DNA from: Candidatus Bathyarchaeota archaeon
Lineage (GTDB): Archaea; Thermoproteota; Bathyarchaeia; Bathyarchaeales; Bathyarchaeaceae
Direction of reading: 5' to 3'
DNA length: 49,923 bases
Assembly: GCA_030615265.1 (NCBI GenBank)
Contig: JAUWZP010000003.1
Coordinates: 1 to 49,923 of the forward strand
Positions 26,009 through 35,251 of this stretch are shown one piece after another. The notes beneath the pieces were generated by a model that was not told the DNA's origin, did no database searches, and saw only the letters and a list, made by a program, of their open reading frames with translations. Made by a program: the position numbers and the translations under genes. Positions within the stretch are counted from its first letter, which is position 1, and each line of letters starts with the position of its first letter.

Positions 26009-26773
26009 CTGTCAGGCGAAAAGAAACAGATCAAAAGATGGATAGTTCCTGCGGGAAAAAAGGAAAAACTTCTGATTGCTACAACGTCTCATCCAGAAGG
26101 AAACTCAAAGCTTATCATCAAGATATTAGGCAAACTTAATGAGCACTTGACATTATCTGTCAAAGATGACGGGACTTTTGATTTTCATCATACAAAGGAA
26201 GGGAAAGAAAAGAACTACATCCCGCTTGCAAAAGGTCGCATAAAGCTAGACGAACTACGTGAAGCTGCGGAAGAATGGTATCGAAACACGTCCAAAGCCT
26301 TTGAGAATCCTATGAAGATAACTGACCAATCTCTCCAAGAACTCATCTTTTTGATTCCAAAAAGCCAAGATTTGCTGAAAGAATTCTATGCAAGATACTA
26401 TCCCATCAAGAGGCGAAAGCAGATCTATCCTGACTCAAAAACTCAAAGACTCATGGCAAGGAATCTGCAGCGCTACTTTCTCGTTGGCTATGCGGACGAA
26501 GTTGCTGGAGAAGAATTTGTGTTTGCTATTTTGTTCAATCCAGAAGACGAGTCAGTGAATTTTCTGTTCAACAACCACGGGAAGTGTTGGGTTATGGATC
26601 TCACAGCTTTAGCAAGCATATTACCCCAATCATTTGAAATTGAGTCAAGATATTGTTATCGTTGCGGCACTGAGGTTCCTCTAACCAGCGGCTGGTGCCC
26701 TATCTGCAAGAAAAGGATCAGGAAAATGCACACAAACGAGAAAAAAAGGGAAATCGCATGTATGGAGGAATAG
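26009..26773 (+). CDS. Hypothetical protein with C-terminal Zn ribbon (start uncertain: CTG 26009 or TTG 26147)
   Basis: Frame is open from 25982; CYRC...CPIC at the C-terminus. Confidence 0.65.
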   Translation: MSGEKKQIKRWIVPAGKKEKLLIATTSHPEGNSKLIIKILGKLNEHLTLSVKDDGTFDFHHTKEGKEKNYIPLAKGRIKLDELREAAEEWYRNTSKAFENPMKITDQSLQELIFLIPKSQDLLKEFYARYYPIKRRKQIYPDSKTQRLMARNLQRYFLVGYADEVAGEEFVFAILFNPEDESVNFLFNNHGKCWVMDLTALASILPQSFEIESRYCYRCGTEVPLTSGWCPICKKRIRKMHTNEKKREIACMEE

Positions 26774-26834
26774 CCTTTGGTTTACCGTGAACATCTAACT
26801 GATCCTTGGCATTGCAGCTGGTGCAGCTTCAAAC

Positions 26835-27092
26835 ATGAAAACTTTGAAAAGGTCGTGGAACACGAAAATAGGGAGCATGGAGGGGGAAAAAGAAGTGAGT
26901 GAGACTAGATGTTCCAAATGCGGTGGAGAAATGGTAGAGGGAACAACGCCAGTCTTCGGTGATTCTTTCGCATGCACAAGGCGAAATCAGAAAAAGCTGG
27001 AAGAACAGGGCATGGACAGAATTCGAGCTTACTACTGTAGAAACTGCGGTTACCTCGAGTTCTATAAGGAGATCAAGAAAAACAAGGAGTAG
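26835..27092 (+). CDS. Small Zn-ribbon protein
   Basis: CSKCGGEMVEG...YCRNCGYLEFY; start may be 26877 or later. Confidence 0.75.
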   Translation: MKTLKRSWNTKIGSMEGEKEVSETRCSKCGGEMVEGTTPVFGDSFACTRRNQKKLEEQGMDRIRAYYCRNCGYLEFYKEIKKNKE

Positions 27093-27188
27093 GTTTTTAG
27101 AGTTCTTGTAGCGACGTACTTGATGTGCTCCGCAAAACCTTTTTACCACGACCACACCTTATGGTCTCCGTAATAGAGTGCATTAAAC

Positions 27189-28457
27189 ATGACTGAGAAA
27201 CCGAAGAAGGGACCCAAGAAAAGTGTAACTTTACCCCGTCAACCAGAAATAAACATTGGAACAATCGGGCACGTAGACCATGGAAAAACCACTCTAGTTC
27301 AAGCTTTAACAGGTATTTGGGCAGCACGGCACAGCGAGGAGTTAAGACGAGGCATTACCATTAAGCTTGGCTACGCAGACACCGCCATTTTTAAGTGTCC
27401 CAAATGCGAAGCTCCGAAATGCTACACGACTGAACCAAAGTGTTCTCATTGCGGTTCTCCAACGGAATTCGTTCGAGCCATAAGTTTCGTTGATGCCCCT
27501 GGCCATGAAGCGCTTATGGCAACCATGCTTTCCGGTGCAGCGGTCATGGACGGAGCCCTGCTTGTCATAGCCGCGGATGAGCGTTGTCCTCAACCACAAA
27601 CCAGAGAGCATCTGGCTGCCATCGAGGTTGTTGGAGTAGGCAACCTTGTGATTGTCCAGAACAAAATTGACCTCGTAGACGAGAAACGAGCGCTGGAAAA
27701 CTATGAGGAAATCGTGCAGTTTGTAAGCGGTTCTATCGCGGAAAACGCGCCGATAATTCCAGTTTCGGCTCAGCACAGCGTTAACATTGACGCTTTAATT
27801 CAAGCCTTGGAAGAGACTATTCCAACGCCAAAACGCGATTCAACCAAGCCTCCTAGAATGCATGTTGTACGTTCTTTTGACGTGAATAAGCCTGGAACAA
27901 AAGCTAAGAAGATAGTTGGAGGAGTCCTAGGTGGCACAATTCTTCAAGGAAAATTCGGTGTCAAAGATAAAATAGAAATTCGCCCTGGAATCCGCACAAT
28001 AAAACAGGGACGAACATTTTATGAGCCTCTCTTAACCGAAATCACTACTCTGCAAGCTGGAAGAAGAGAGGCCAAAGAAGCTCAATGCGGAGGCCTAGTG
28101 GGCATCGGAACCCTGCTTGACCCATCTTTAACAAAGGCTGATGGACTCATAGGAAATCTGGTGGGTATGCCCGGCAAGCTTCCCCCAACACTTTCTGAAT
28201 TAACATTGGAGACTCATCTTTTTGACCGCGCAGTTGGAACCAAAGAGCTGACTGAAGTGGAAAAAGCGCGCATGGGCGAGCATCTTCTTTTAGACATCGG
28301 AACCAGCATTACGGCTGGAAATGTTGTTTCAGTGAAAAAGGAGGATGTAACGCTTAAACTTGGGCGTCCAGTGTGCGCTGAAAAGGGAACAAGAGCAGCC
28401 ATAAGCAGAAAGATCGCTGGAAGATGGCGCCTCATCGGCTACGGAATACTAAAATGA
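27189..28457 (+). CDS. eif2g: Translation initiation factor 2 gamma subunit
   Basis: GHVDHGKTT, RGITIKLGY, Zn knuckle, DAPGHE, QNKID, WRLIGYG. Confidence 0.98.
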   Translation: MTEKPKKGPKKSVTLPRQPEINIGTIGHVDHGKTTLVQALTGIWAARHSEELRRGITIKLGYADTAIFKCPKCEAPKCYTTEPKCSHCGSPTEFVRAISFVDAPGHEALMATMLSGAAVMDGALLVIAADERCPQPQTREHLAAIEVVGVGNLVIVQNKIDLVDEKRALENYEEIVQFVSGSIAENAPIIPVSAQHSVNIDALIQALEETIPTPKRDSTKPPRMHVVRSFDVNKPGTKAKKIVGGVLGGTILQGKFGVKDKIEIRPGIRTIKQGRTFYEPLLTEITTLQAGRREAKEAQCGGLVGIGTLLDPSLTKADGLIGNLVGMPGKLPPTLSELTLETHLFDRAVGTKELTEVEKARMGEHLLLDIGTSITAGNVVSVKKEDVTLKLGRPVCAEKGTRAAISRKIAGRWRLIGYGILK

Positions 28458-28470
28458 AAGCGATAGTCTG

Positions 28471-28878
28471 TTGGGAGAATTGACCCTAAAAGTCATTTTA
28501 GACTCCAATTTTCTCTTCATTCCGTCCCAATTTCAAGTAGACATATTTGAGGAGCTTTTGAATCTTTTAAACCATCGGTTTGACCCAGTTCTACTTTCTG
28601 TAACGAAGCAAGAGCTTCTAACAATGGCAAAGAAAGGTTCTCCAAAAATGCGAAAGCAAGCTTCGTTGGCGCTACAACTAGCCCAAAAGTGTCGCATCGT
28701 CCAAGTTAAGCGAGGCGCAGACGAGACACATGATGATGTTATCGTGCGAATAGCACAAAAACTGAAATGCTCAGTGGCAACAAACGACCGAGCACTAAGA
28801 AAGGAACTGCGAATTAGGGGAATCCCTGTGATTTTTTTGAGAGGGAAAACTCGTTTAACTTTAGAGGGCGCTTTGTGA
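28471..28878 (+). CDS. PIN-domain protein (Fcf1/Utp24-like)
   Basis: VILDSNFL, DD, VATND; conserved position after eif2g. Confidence 0.9.
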   Translation: MGELTLKVILDSNFLFIPSQFQVDIFEELLNLLNHRFDPVLLSVTKQELLTMAKKGSPKMRKQASLALQLAQKCRIVQVKRGADETHDDVIVRIAQKLKCSVATNDRALRKELRIRGIPVIFLRGKTRLTLEGAL

Positions 28879-28966
28879 TGTTTGTGTTTTCCGAAAGCCT
28901 AATATTTAGGCGCAGTTTATGTGAGAAAGACTTCCTCGGAGAAAAAGTCATGTTTGAGGAACGTTT

Positions 28967-29596
28967 ATGTTTAAGCTCATCGAGTTAGAGGACACAATTC
29001 GCACACCTCCTGACAAGTTTGGTGAACCCATCGAAGAGGTTGGTTATGACCAATTAAGACTGAAATATGAAGGCATGGTAGACGAGGAACTCGGCTACGT
29101 CATAGCCGTAACCGACATTCAGGTTAATCCTGTGGGAAAGATTATTCCAGGCGACGGCGCAACCTATCATAAAGTTTTGTTTTCGCTTCTCACGTTTCTT
29201 CCGAAGATTCAAGAAGTTGTTGAGGGCGAAGTGGTTGAGATAGCCGATTTCGGAGCGTTTATTCGTGTGGGCCCAATCGACGCCTTGTTGCATGTGTCTC
29301 AGCTTATGGACGATTACATATCTTACGATGAAAAACAAGGCGTACTCATGGGTAGAGAAACCCGAAGGAAACTTTCAACAGGCGACCAAGTTAGAGTACG
29401 CGTAACCGCCGTTTCGCTCGGAAGAGGCGGAAGCTCAGGCAAAGTCGGCGTGACCGCCCGACAACCCTTCCTTGGAAAACTAGAATGGATAAGAAAGGAA
29501 ATAGAAAAACTGAGAAGCGCAGAGGCAGAGAAAGCCAAAAAGCCGGAAAAGCCAGCCAAGCAAGCTGCGCCCACAGTCAAACAGGCGAAAACTTAG
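28967..29596 (+). CDS. rpoE1: RNA polymerase subunit Rpo7 (E')
   Basis: GDGATYH, S1 domain FGAFIRVGPIDALLHVSQ, RQPFLGKLEW. Confidence 0.96.
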   Translation: MFKLIELEDTIRTPPDKFGEPIEEVGYDQLRLKYEGMVDEELGYVIAVTDIQVNPVGKIIPGDGATYHKVLFSLLTFLPKIQEVVEGEVVEIADFGAFIRVGPIDALLHVSQLMDDYISYDEKQGVLMGRETRRKLSTGDQVRVRVTAVSLGRGGSSGKVGVTARQPFLGKLEWIRKEIEKLRSAEAEKAKKPEKPAKQAAPTVKQAKT

Positions 29597-29608
29597 GAGA
29601 AATGAAAC

Positions 29609-29794
29609 TTGACTGAAAAAGCTTGCCGCGAATGTCATGTATTAACCGCAGGGTCAGTCTGCCCGCGCTGCAAGACCCCAAGCTTAAGCGATGATTTTTC
29701 AGGGCGTGTAATTATTTTTGACCCTGAGGGGTCTGCTATAGCGAAGTCTATGAAAATCGACAAGAAAGGACGATACGCTCTTCGCGTAAGATAA
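29609..29794 (+). CDS. spt4: Transcription elongation factor Spt4
   Basis: ACRECH...CPRC...SAIAK...GRYALRVR. Confidence 0.95.
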   Translation: MTEKACRECHVLTAGSVCPRCKTPSLSDDFSGRVIIFDPEGSAIAKSMKIDKKGRYALRVR

Positions 29795-29842
29795 TCAAGA
29801 ATGCAGTCTTTTCCCTCATAGTATTTTAGGGAGGACAGAAAA

Positions 29843-30382
29843 ACGCCACTTGCTGTACAGACACTTATTCTTCCGTCCAAACTGCGTCGAGAACTGAAAG
29901 CTCCGCTTGGAAAGTTAATCTTGGGCTCTCCTCGAGAAGCCATGGAACAGCTAGAAGAACTGGTAGGTAAAGAGAAGCCAGCAATGATTATTTCAGTGGG
30001 CGACATAGTCTCAGAAAACATGGCTAAACATGGCATCTTAACTCATCTTGCAATCGTGGATAATCGGGTTATGCGACAGCCGCGAGAACCCGTTGTGCTA
30101 AAGGTAAACCAGACAATACACGTTAAGAATCCTGCTGGAACCATAACCGACGAAGCTTGGCTTGCAGTAAAGGAGGCGTTAAAGCAAGAACATTCTGTCA
30201 AGATTGTTGTTGACGGCGAAGAAGACCTCCTCGCTTTGGTTGCGTTGCTTCATGCACCCTTAAACGCGCTTGTTGTCTATGGTCAACCCTACGCGGGAAT
30301 CGTAGCTGTCAAGGTTACACAGCGGAAAAGACAAAAGGCTCGCGGTATAATAGAGGCTATGAAGCCAATTACGAAAAGCTAA
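29843..30382 (+). CDS. GTP-dependent dephospho-CoA kinase (DUF359); start codon uncertain
   Basis: LRRELKAPLG (upstream of track start 29921), SVGD, VKNPAGTIT, VDGEEDLL, YGQP. Confidence 0.88.
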   Translation, partial: TPLAVQTLILPSKLRRELKAPLGKLILGSPREAMEQLEELVGKEKPAMIISVGDIVSENMAKHGILTHLAIVDNRVMRQPREPVVLKVNQTIHVKNPAGTITDEAWLAVKEALKQEHSVKIVVDGEEDLLALVALLHAPLNALVVYGQPYAGIVAVKVTQRKRQKARGIIEAMKPITKS

Positions 30383-30428
30383 AGTAAAGGATTCTATATC
30401 AAATCAACAACCCTTCGGAAGTATACCT

Positions 30429-30848
30429 ATGGGCATCAAAATCATAGCGCAAAAGTACAACCCGCTACTTAAGCGGAAAGAAGTTGTCTTCGAAGTGAAC
30501 CATGAAAAGGTAAAGGGAACGCCTTCACGTTTAGAAATCAGAGCAAAACTCGCGAAATTGCTGAAGATGAAGCTTGAGCAAGTATATGTGAGAAAAATGG
30601 AGACAAAGACAGGAACGATGATTGCCTTAGGTGAAGCCAACGGCTACGACACGGCTGAACAGGCCATGCTCATTGAACCAAAATATGTTATTGAAAGAAA
30701 CACTCCAAAAGAGAAAGCAAAAGAAGCAGAGAAACCTAAAAAGGCGGAGAAAATAGAAGAACCAAAGAAGCCGGAAAAACAGGTAGAAAAAGCGGAAGAG
30801 TCCAAAGTGGCTGAAAAGGCTACACAACCAAAGGAAAAGGAGGAATAA
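30429..30848 (+). CDS. rps24e: 30S ribosomal protein S24e
   Basis: NPLLKRKE, TPSR, EPKYVIERN; K/E tail. Confidence 0.95.
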   Translation: MGIKIIAQKYNPLLKRKEVVFEVNHEKVKGTPSRLEIRAKLAKLLKMKLEQVYVRKMETKTGTMIALGEANGYDTAEQAMLIEPKYVIERNTPKEKAKEAEKPKKAEKIEEPKKPEKQVEKAEESKVAEKATQPKEKEE

Positions 30849-30852
30849 CTAG

Positions 30853-31137
30853 ATGAGTAAACCCACTGAAACAGCGGAAACGACAGAAAAACCCACAGAA
30901 GAAGAACCTAAGGAAGAAACATCTCCCAAAGAAACGAAACCCGCAGAAGCCAAACCCAAAAAGAAGAAAAGCAAAGGCATCTATGTACATTATAAAGTTG
31001 AAGAGGGCACGCTCAAAAGGAAGCTTCCCTTCTGTGAACGCTGTGGCCCAGGATACTTTATGGCGAATCACGGCGACCGCTACACCTGCGGACACTGCGG
31101 CTTCACCAGGTACAAACCAGATGAAACAAGCAAGTGA
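30853..31137 (+). CDS. rps27ae: 30S ribosomal protein S27ae (acidic N-terminal extension)
   Basis: CERCGPGYFMANHGDRYTCGHCG. Confidence 0.95.
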   Translation: MSKPTETAETTEKPTEEEPKEETSPKETKPAEAKPKKKKSKGIYVHYKVEEGTLKRKLPFCERCGPGYFMANHGDRYTCGHCGFTRYKPDETSK

Positions 31138-31195
31138 GCGGTGCACACTTAAATCCGATAATGGGATACTATTATCCATTAAAGAGGACTATGTA

Positions 31196-31615
31196 ATGAT
31201 TCGAGTGAACGTTTTTGTGTATCAACTTTCTGCTGAGCGTTTCTGGGATATTGGAAAACCCATTCCACCAGTTAAGGTGGCGACAAATCTGAATGTTGTT
31301 GGGATTGAAAGCAAAGGTGAAGAACTGCTTGAGGCTCCTTTTGTCTTCACCATCAATTATACGCCGGCCGTGGCTCAAATCGCCGTTAAAGGAAAGGCCC
31401 ATGTGAGAGGTTCAAAAGAGGAACTTGAAAAGATTCAAAAAGCTTATGCGGACAAGCAGCCCCCACCGCCGATAATTGTTCAATCCATATCTAACGTAGC
31501 CTTTCTGGAATCCATACTTATCTCTAGGACTCTAAATATTCCGCCACCTATTCCCTTACCTCAAATCCCGCCTATGAAAAAGAAAAAGCGTTCGGAGCCC
31601 TCTTATCGCGCATAG
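31196..31615 (+). CDS. Conserved archaeal hypothetical protein (SecB-like fold possible)
   Basis: GAGG before ATG 31196; FVFTINYTP...LNIPPPIPLP. Confidence 0.7.
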   Translation: MIRVNVFVYQLSAERFWDIGKPIPPVKVATNLNVVGIESKGEELLEAPFVFTINYTPAVAQIAVKGKAHVRGSKEELEKIQKAYADKQPPPPIIVQSISNVAFLESILISRTLNIPPPIPLPQIPPMKKKKRSEPSYRA

Positions 31616-31620
31616 GACTC

Positions 31621-32025
31621 TTATTTTAAAGGCACGTACATCGACGACCGGGACGCACCGATGCCAGGTGTTCCATGTCTAACTGGCTTATTGGTAATAG
31701 CGAACTCGCCTAGGTAATGGCCTATCATTGCAGGTTTTATTTCCACAGGTGTGAATGCCTTTCCGTTGTGAACCAGAACTGTGACGCCCACCATCTCTGG
31801 CAGGATAATCATGTCTCGAACGTGAGTTTTAACCACGGTTTTTTCTCCTTGCGCTATGGCCTCTTTGACTTTTCGAACATTTTCAAGGAGGATTCTCTGT
31901 TCTTGGGTTAGACCTCTCAGTAAGCTTCGTCGTTGACGTGAAGGAAGCAAGTGGATAAACTCGTCCATGGACATGGTCTGTAATCCTTCAAGAGTGAAGC
32001 CCCTGTACTTGAATTCCTTTGGCAT
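31621..32025 (-). CDS. rps19: 30S ribosomal protein S19
   Basis: [32 protein letters not shown]. Confidence 0.97.
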   Translation of the reverse strand: MPKEFKYRGFTLEGLQTMSMDEFIHLLPSRQRRSLLRGLTQEQRILLENVRKVKEAIAQGEKTVVKTHVRDMIILPEMVGVTVLVHNGKAFTPVEIKPAMIGHYLGEFAITNKPVRHGTPGIGASRSSMYVPLK

Positions 32026-32133
32026 GTCGTGTTCCTCCGTGTTCTCTCATTGTGTTATTTTCGAGGTTAATTAACTTTGTTGAAGCGGAAACCTATATGT
32101 GTACCCGTAAAAAGTTGTGTGGTAGGGATTCTA

Positions 32134-32511
32134 ATGTATGTTACTAGCGCTGACAAAGTAAGGGAATACAGCCTCAAAAGAGAAGGCGCAAAAGGAGTCA
32201 AAGTCAAGTATTTACTTCATAAAGGCGTGGGCGCTAACCATATACAACTTCGACTGTTCACTATAGAAGTTGAGGGCTACACACCTCTAGAGAAACATGC
32301 ACACGAACATGAAGTTTACATGTTAAAGGGAAAAGCGCTTGTCAAAGGAGGCGACAAAGAAGTGTTAGTAACTCAAGGAAACGTCATATTCATTTCCTCA
32401 CATGAAGAACACCAGTTTAGAAATGTCGGCGATGAAGAAGTAGAGTTCTTATGCACAAAAGAAACTTCTCAACACGATTCTGTTAAGTCTTTTTCTTTTC
32501 TGCGCCTTTAA
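32134..32511 (+). CDS. Cupin domain protein
   Basis: HAHEHEVYMLKG...EEHQFRN. Confidence 0.85.
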   Translation: MYVTSADKVREYSLKREGAKGVKVKYLLHKGVGANHIQLRLFTIEVEGYTPLEKHAHEHEVYMLKGKALVKGGDKEVLVTQGNVIFISSHEEHQFRNVGDEEVEFLCTKETSQHDSVKSFSFLRL

Positions 32512-32955
32512 CTAATCAAGGCTTTTCTTAAAGAATCTTTCCAGAATTGCCGATTTGCCTATCCAATACCCAATAATAACTCCTATGCTGTTGACTAAAA
32601 TGAAAAATGAGTTGACGAGTAGGAAGAGGTCAGACCTCAGAGGAAACACAAACCTTCCAGTCTCTACTGTTAAGAAATAGAGTTGATAGTAACCATGCAA
32701 TGGTGGTAAATGGGGAGGGGTGATAAAAACCATTGTAGTGTCAATCAAAGTGTAGAGCGGGAAAGAAAGTGGAACTGGAAAAGTCGGTGTGAAATAGTAA
32801 GTAGAGTTGTATGTGTCCACTCTTCCCATACCAAATGCGGAGAAAAATGATACTAAAACTATAACTACAATCATCAACAGTGAAAATTTTCTATTTCTAA
32901 GCTTTCTGGCTGAGACGAATGACAGGAACAATGAAAGAAACATTGCAGCCCACAA
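32512..32955 (-). CDS. Hypothetical membrane protein
   Basis: Several hydrophobic segments; 5' end uncertain. Confidence 0.55.
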   Translation of the reverse strand: MWAAMFLSLFLSFVSARKLRNRKFSLLMIVVIVLVSFFSAFGMGRVDTYNSTYYFTPTFPVPLSFPLYTLIDTTMVFITPPHLPPLHGYYQLYFLTVETGRFVFPLRSDLFLLVNSFFILVNSIGVIIGYWIGKSAILERFFKKSLD

Positions 32956-33081
32956 TCAATTATCAATAACCAGTATTTAATACCACATTTTAGAACAACG
33001 TTATATTTAGGAAAGTCCTTATGGTTAACACTCACCCTCTTTTATCGCAGAAGTCCCTTTAAGTTAACAGAACTCTCAACA

Positions 33082-34254
33082 CTAAGGAATATTAACTAGT
33101 TCTGGACTTTTCTCTAAAATCTGTTTCACTTTTTGAAGGAACTGTGCTGCGGGAGCGCCGTCTACTATGCGGTGGTCGTAGGCAAGGCTCAGATACATCA
33201 TCGGTTTAACCTGTATCTCCTTCTTTATGATAACTGGTTTCTCAGTGATTTTTCCGACACCAAGTATCGCGGCTTCAGGCGGGTTAATAATTGGTATGAA
33301 CACTTCAACTCCGTACATGCCGAGGTTTGTAATAGTGAAGGTTCCCCCGGTCACGTCTTCTTTTACGAGTTTACCTTCCCTCGCTTTCTCAACCAGTTCT
33401 TTAACAGTTGACGCAACTTGAAGCAGCGTTTTCTTGTTAGCGTTACGTATTACTGGAACAACCAGTCCCTTTTCAGTGGCAACTGCAACTCCTATGTTGA
33501 TATCCTCGTAAATCTTGATCTGTTCGCCATCCAAGGTTGAGTTTACAATTCGATGTTCCCCTAAGGCTTTGGCAACGGCTTTCACCAAGATGTCAGTGTA
33601 AGACACCCGTGTTTTTTCCCGAAGTTTAACCGCATTGGACATGTCCACTTCCATTGTTACGGTGCTGTGAGGAGCGGTTCGTGCGCTATATGAAAGTCGT
33701 TCGGCGGTTGTCTTTCTTATGCCAGTGAGCGGAATTACCTCTCGCACATGTGATGCAGGAGCCATCTCTTCAATGTACCGCCTAACGTCAACCTCAACAA
33801 TGCGTCCTTCCGGACCACTGCCCCCTACCTCTGCAAGGTCAATGTTATACTCTCTTGCGAGACGCTTAGCCGCTGGAGAAGCAGGGACACGTTCTCTAAC
33901 CTTTTTCACCATCTCCTTTTCTGGAAGAGGTGCAACTTTTTCAATTCTTTCTGGAGGAGCCGTAGTCACAGCGGCTTCTTCGATTTCTGTAATCGGCTCA
34001 TCCTTTTCTGCAATGATGCCCAGTGTTTCAGCTACTGGCACTTCGTCTCCTTCAAGCGCCAAGATTCTTCGGAGAATTCCGGATGCTGGAGCTTCCACGT
34101 CGTAGGTTACTTTTTCTGAGAGCACCTCTACAAGAGGATCCCCTTTTTTGACGGGGTCACCTTCTTTCTTGAACCAATTGACAACTGTTCCTTCTTTCAT
34201 TGTTAGGCTTAGTCTGGGCATAACAACTTTTGTTGCCAAACTGTTTTCCCTCAC
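33082..34254 (-). CDS. 2-oxoacid/acetoin dehydrogenase E2 (dihydrolipoamide acyltransferase)
   Basis: Lipoyl domain (SEKV), subunit-binding ASPAAKRLA, catalytic DHRIVDG. Confidence 0.95.
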   Translation of the reverse strand: MRENSLATKVVMPRLSLTMKEGTVVNWFKKEGDPVKKGDPLVEVLSEKVTYDVEAPASGILRRILALEGDEVPVAETLGIIAEKDEPITEIEEAAVTTAPPERIEKVAPLPEKEMVKKVRERVPASPAAKRLAREYNIDLAEVGGSGPEGRIVEVDVRRYIEEMAPASHVREVIPLTGIRKTTAERLSYSARTAPHSTVTMEVDMSNAVKLREKTRVSYTDILVKAVAKALGEHRIVNSTLDGEQIKIYEDINIGVAVATEKGLVVPVIRNANKKTLLQVASTVKELVEKAREGKLVKEDVTGGTFTITNLGMYGVEVFIPIINPPEAAILGVGKITEKPVIIKKEIQVKPMMYLSLAYDHRIVDGAPAAQFLQKVKQILEKSPELVNIP

Positions 34255-34264
34255 CTATAAGCGG

Positions 34265-35239
34265 TTACAGGACCTCTTTCACTGCTTTAATTATTGTTTT
34301 TTCGTTGGGTATGACAAACTGTTCGAGGGGTGGACTGAAAGGTATAGGCGTGTCAGGTTCAGCTACCCGTTTGATGGGCGCATCCAAATAGTCAAGTGCT
34401 TCTTCAGCTACAATAGCCGCGACCTCAGCGCTTACACCAGCGGTTTTGCAGTCTTCGGTTACAATCACGATTCTTCCAGTCTTCTTCACAGATTTTATAA
34501 TAGCCTGTTTATCCAGCGGCACAAGCGTTTTAGGGTCGATGACTTCCACGCTTATCCCCTGCTTGCGCAGTTCATTGGCTGCTGCAAGTGCTTTATGAAC
34601 CATGTACAACGTGGCGAATATTGTGGCGTCTTCACCTTCAATCTTCACGTCGGCCACGCCGAACGGAATCGTATAGTCGTCTTCCGGAACCTCGCCCTTA
34701 ATGGGATAGAGCAGTTTATGTTCAAAAAACATCACAGGGTTGTTGCCTCTTATGGCTGTTTTCAGCAATCCTTTGGCGTCGAAGGGCGTCGAAGGCGCAG
34801 CAACTAGTAAGCCTGGGGTGTGCATAAACCATGCTTCGAGGCTTTGCGAATGGTGGGAGGCTATGTTAACGCCTGCACCGAATGGAGTTCGAACTACAAG
34901 GGGCACTGTGGTCTGTCCGCCGAACATGTAACATATTTTCGCTGCTTGGTTACAGATCTGGTCCATAGCAAGAGTCGTTAAGTCGCCAAACATAATTTCC
35001 GCTACTGGTCGCATGCCCGTTATTGCGGCTCCCACAGCAACTCCGATTATGGCAGATTCTGAAATCGGTGTATCTCTTACACGTTCGTCTCCAAACTCTT
35101 CCGCTAAGCCTTTCGTAACCTTGAATGCACCACTCCAATAACGCCCAATGTCTTCGCCTAACAAGAAAACCGTTTTGTCTCGAACCATCTCCTCGCGCAA
35201 AGCTTCACGCAAGGCATCTCGATAAGTTAGCTCTCTCAT
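34265..35239 (-). CDS. 2-oxoacid/acetoin dehydrogenase E1 beta
   Basis: LGEDIG, RVRDTPISE, HHSQS. Confidence 0.95.
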   Translation of the reverse strand: MRELTYRDALREALREEMVRDKTVFLLGEDIGRYWSGAFKVTKGLAEEFGDERVRDTPISESAIIGVAVGAAITGMRPVAEIMFGDLTTLAMDQICNQAAKICYMFGGQTTVPLVVRTPFGAGVNIASHHSQSLEAWFMHTPGLLVAAPSTPFDAKGLLKTAIRGNNPVMFFEHKLLYPIKGEVPEDDYTIPFGVADVKIEGEDATIFATLYMVHKALAAANELRKQGISVEVIDPKTLVPLDKQAIIKSVKKTGRIVIVTEDCKTAGVSAEVAAIVAEEALDYLDAPIKRVAEPDTPIPFSPPLEQFVIPNEKTIIKAVKEVL

Positions 35240-35251
35240 AACAATCAGCCT

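Larger units (their letters stand above)
3222..27100. mobile_element. Genomic island between rps6e and eif2g (boundaries approximate)
   Basis: Interrupts the usually contiguous rps6e-eif2g pair; starts with an integrase; holds accessory genes, gene fragments and repeats. No att direct repeat found by eye. Confidence 0.7.

Noticed and set aside
34148-34807. 219-aa + strand ORF and other antisense ORFs over conserved genes
   Set aside because: Shadow ORFs opposite well-supported genes, with no recognisable motifs.
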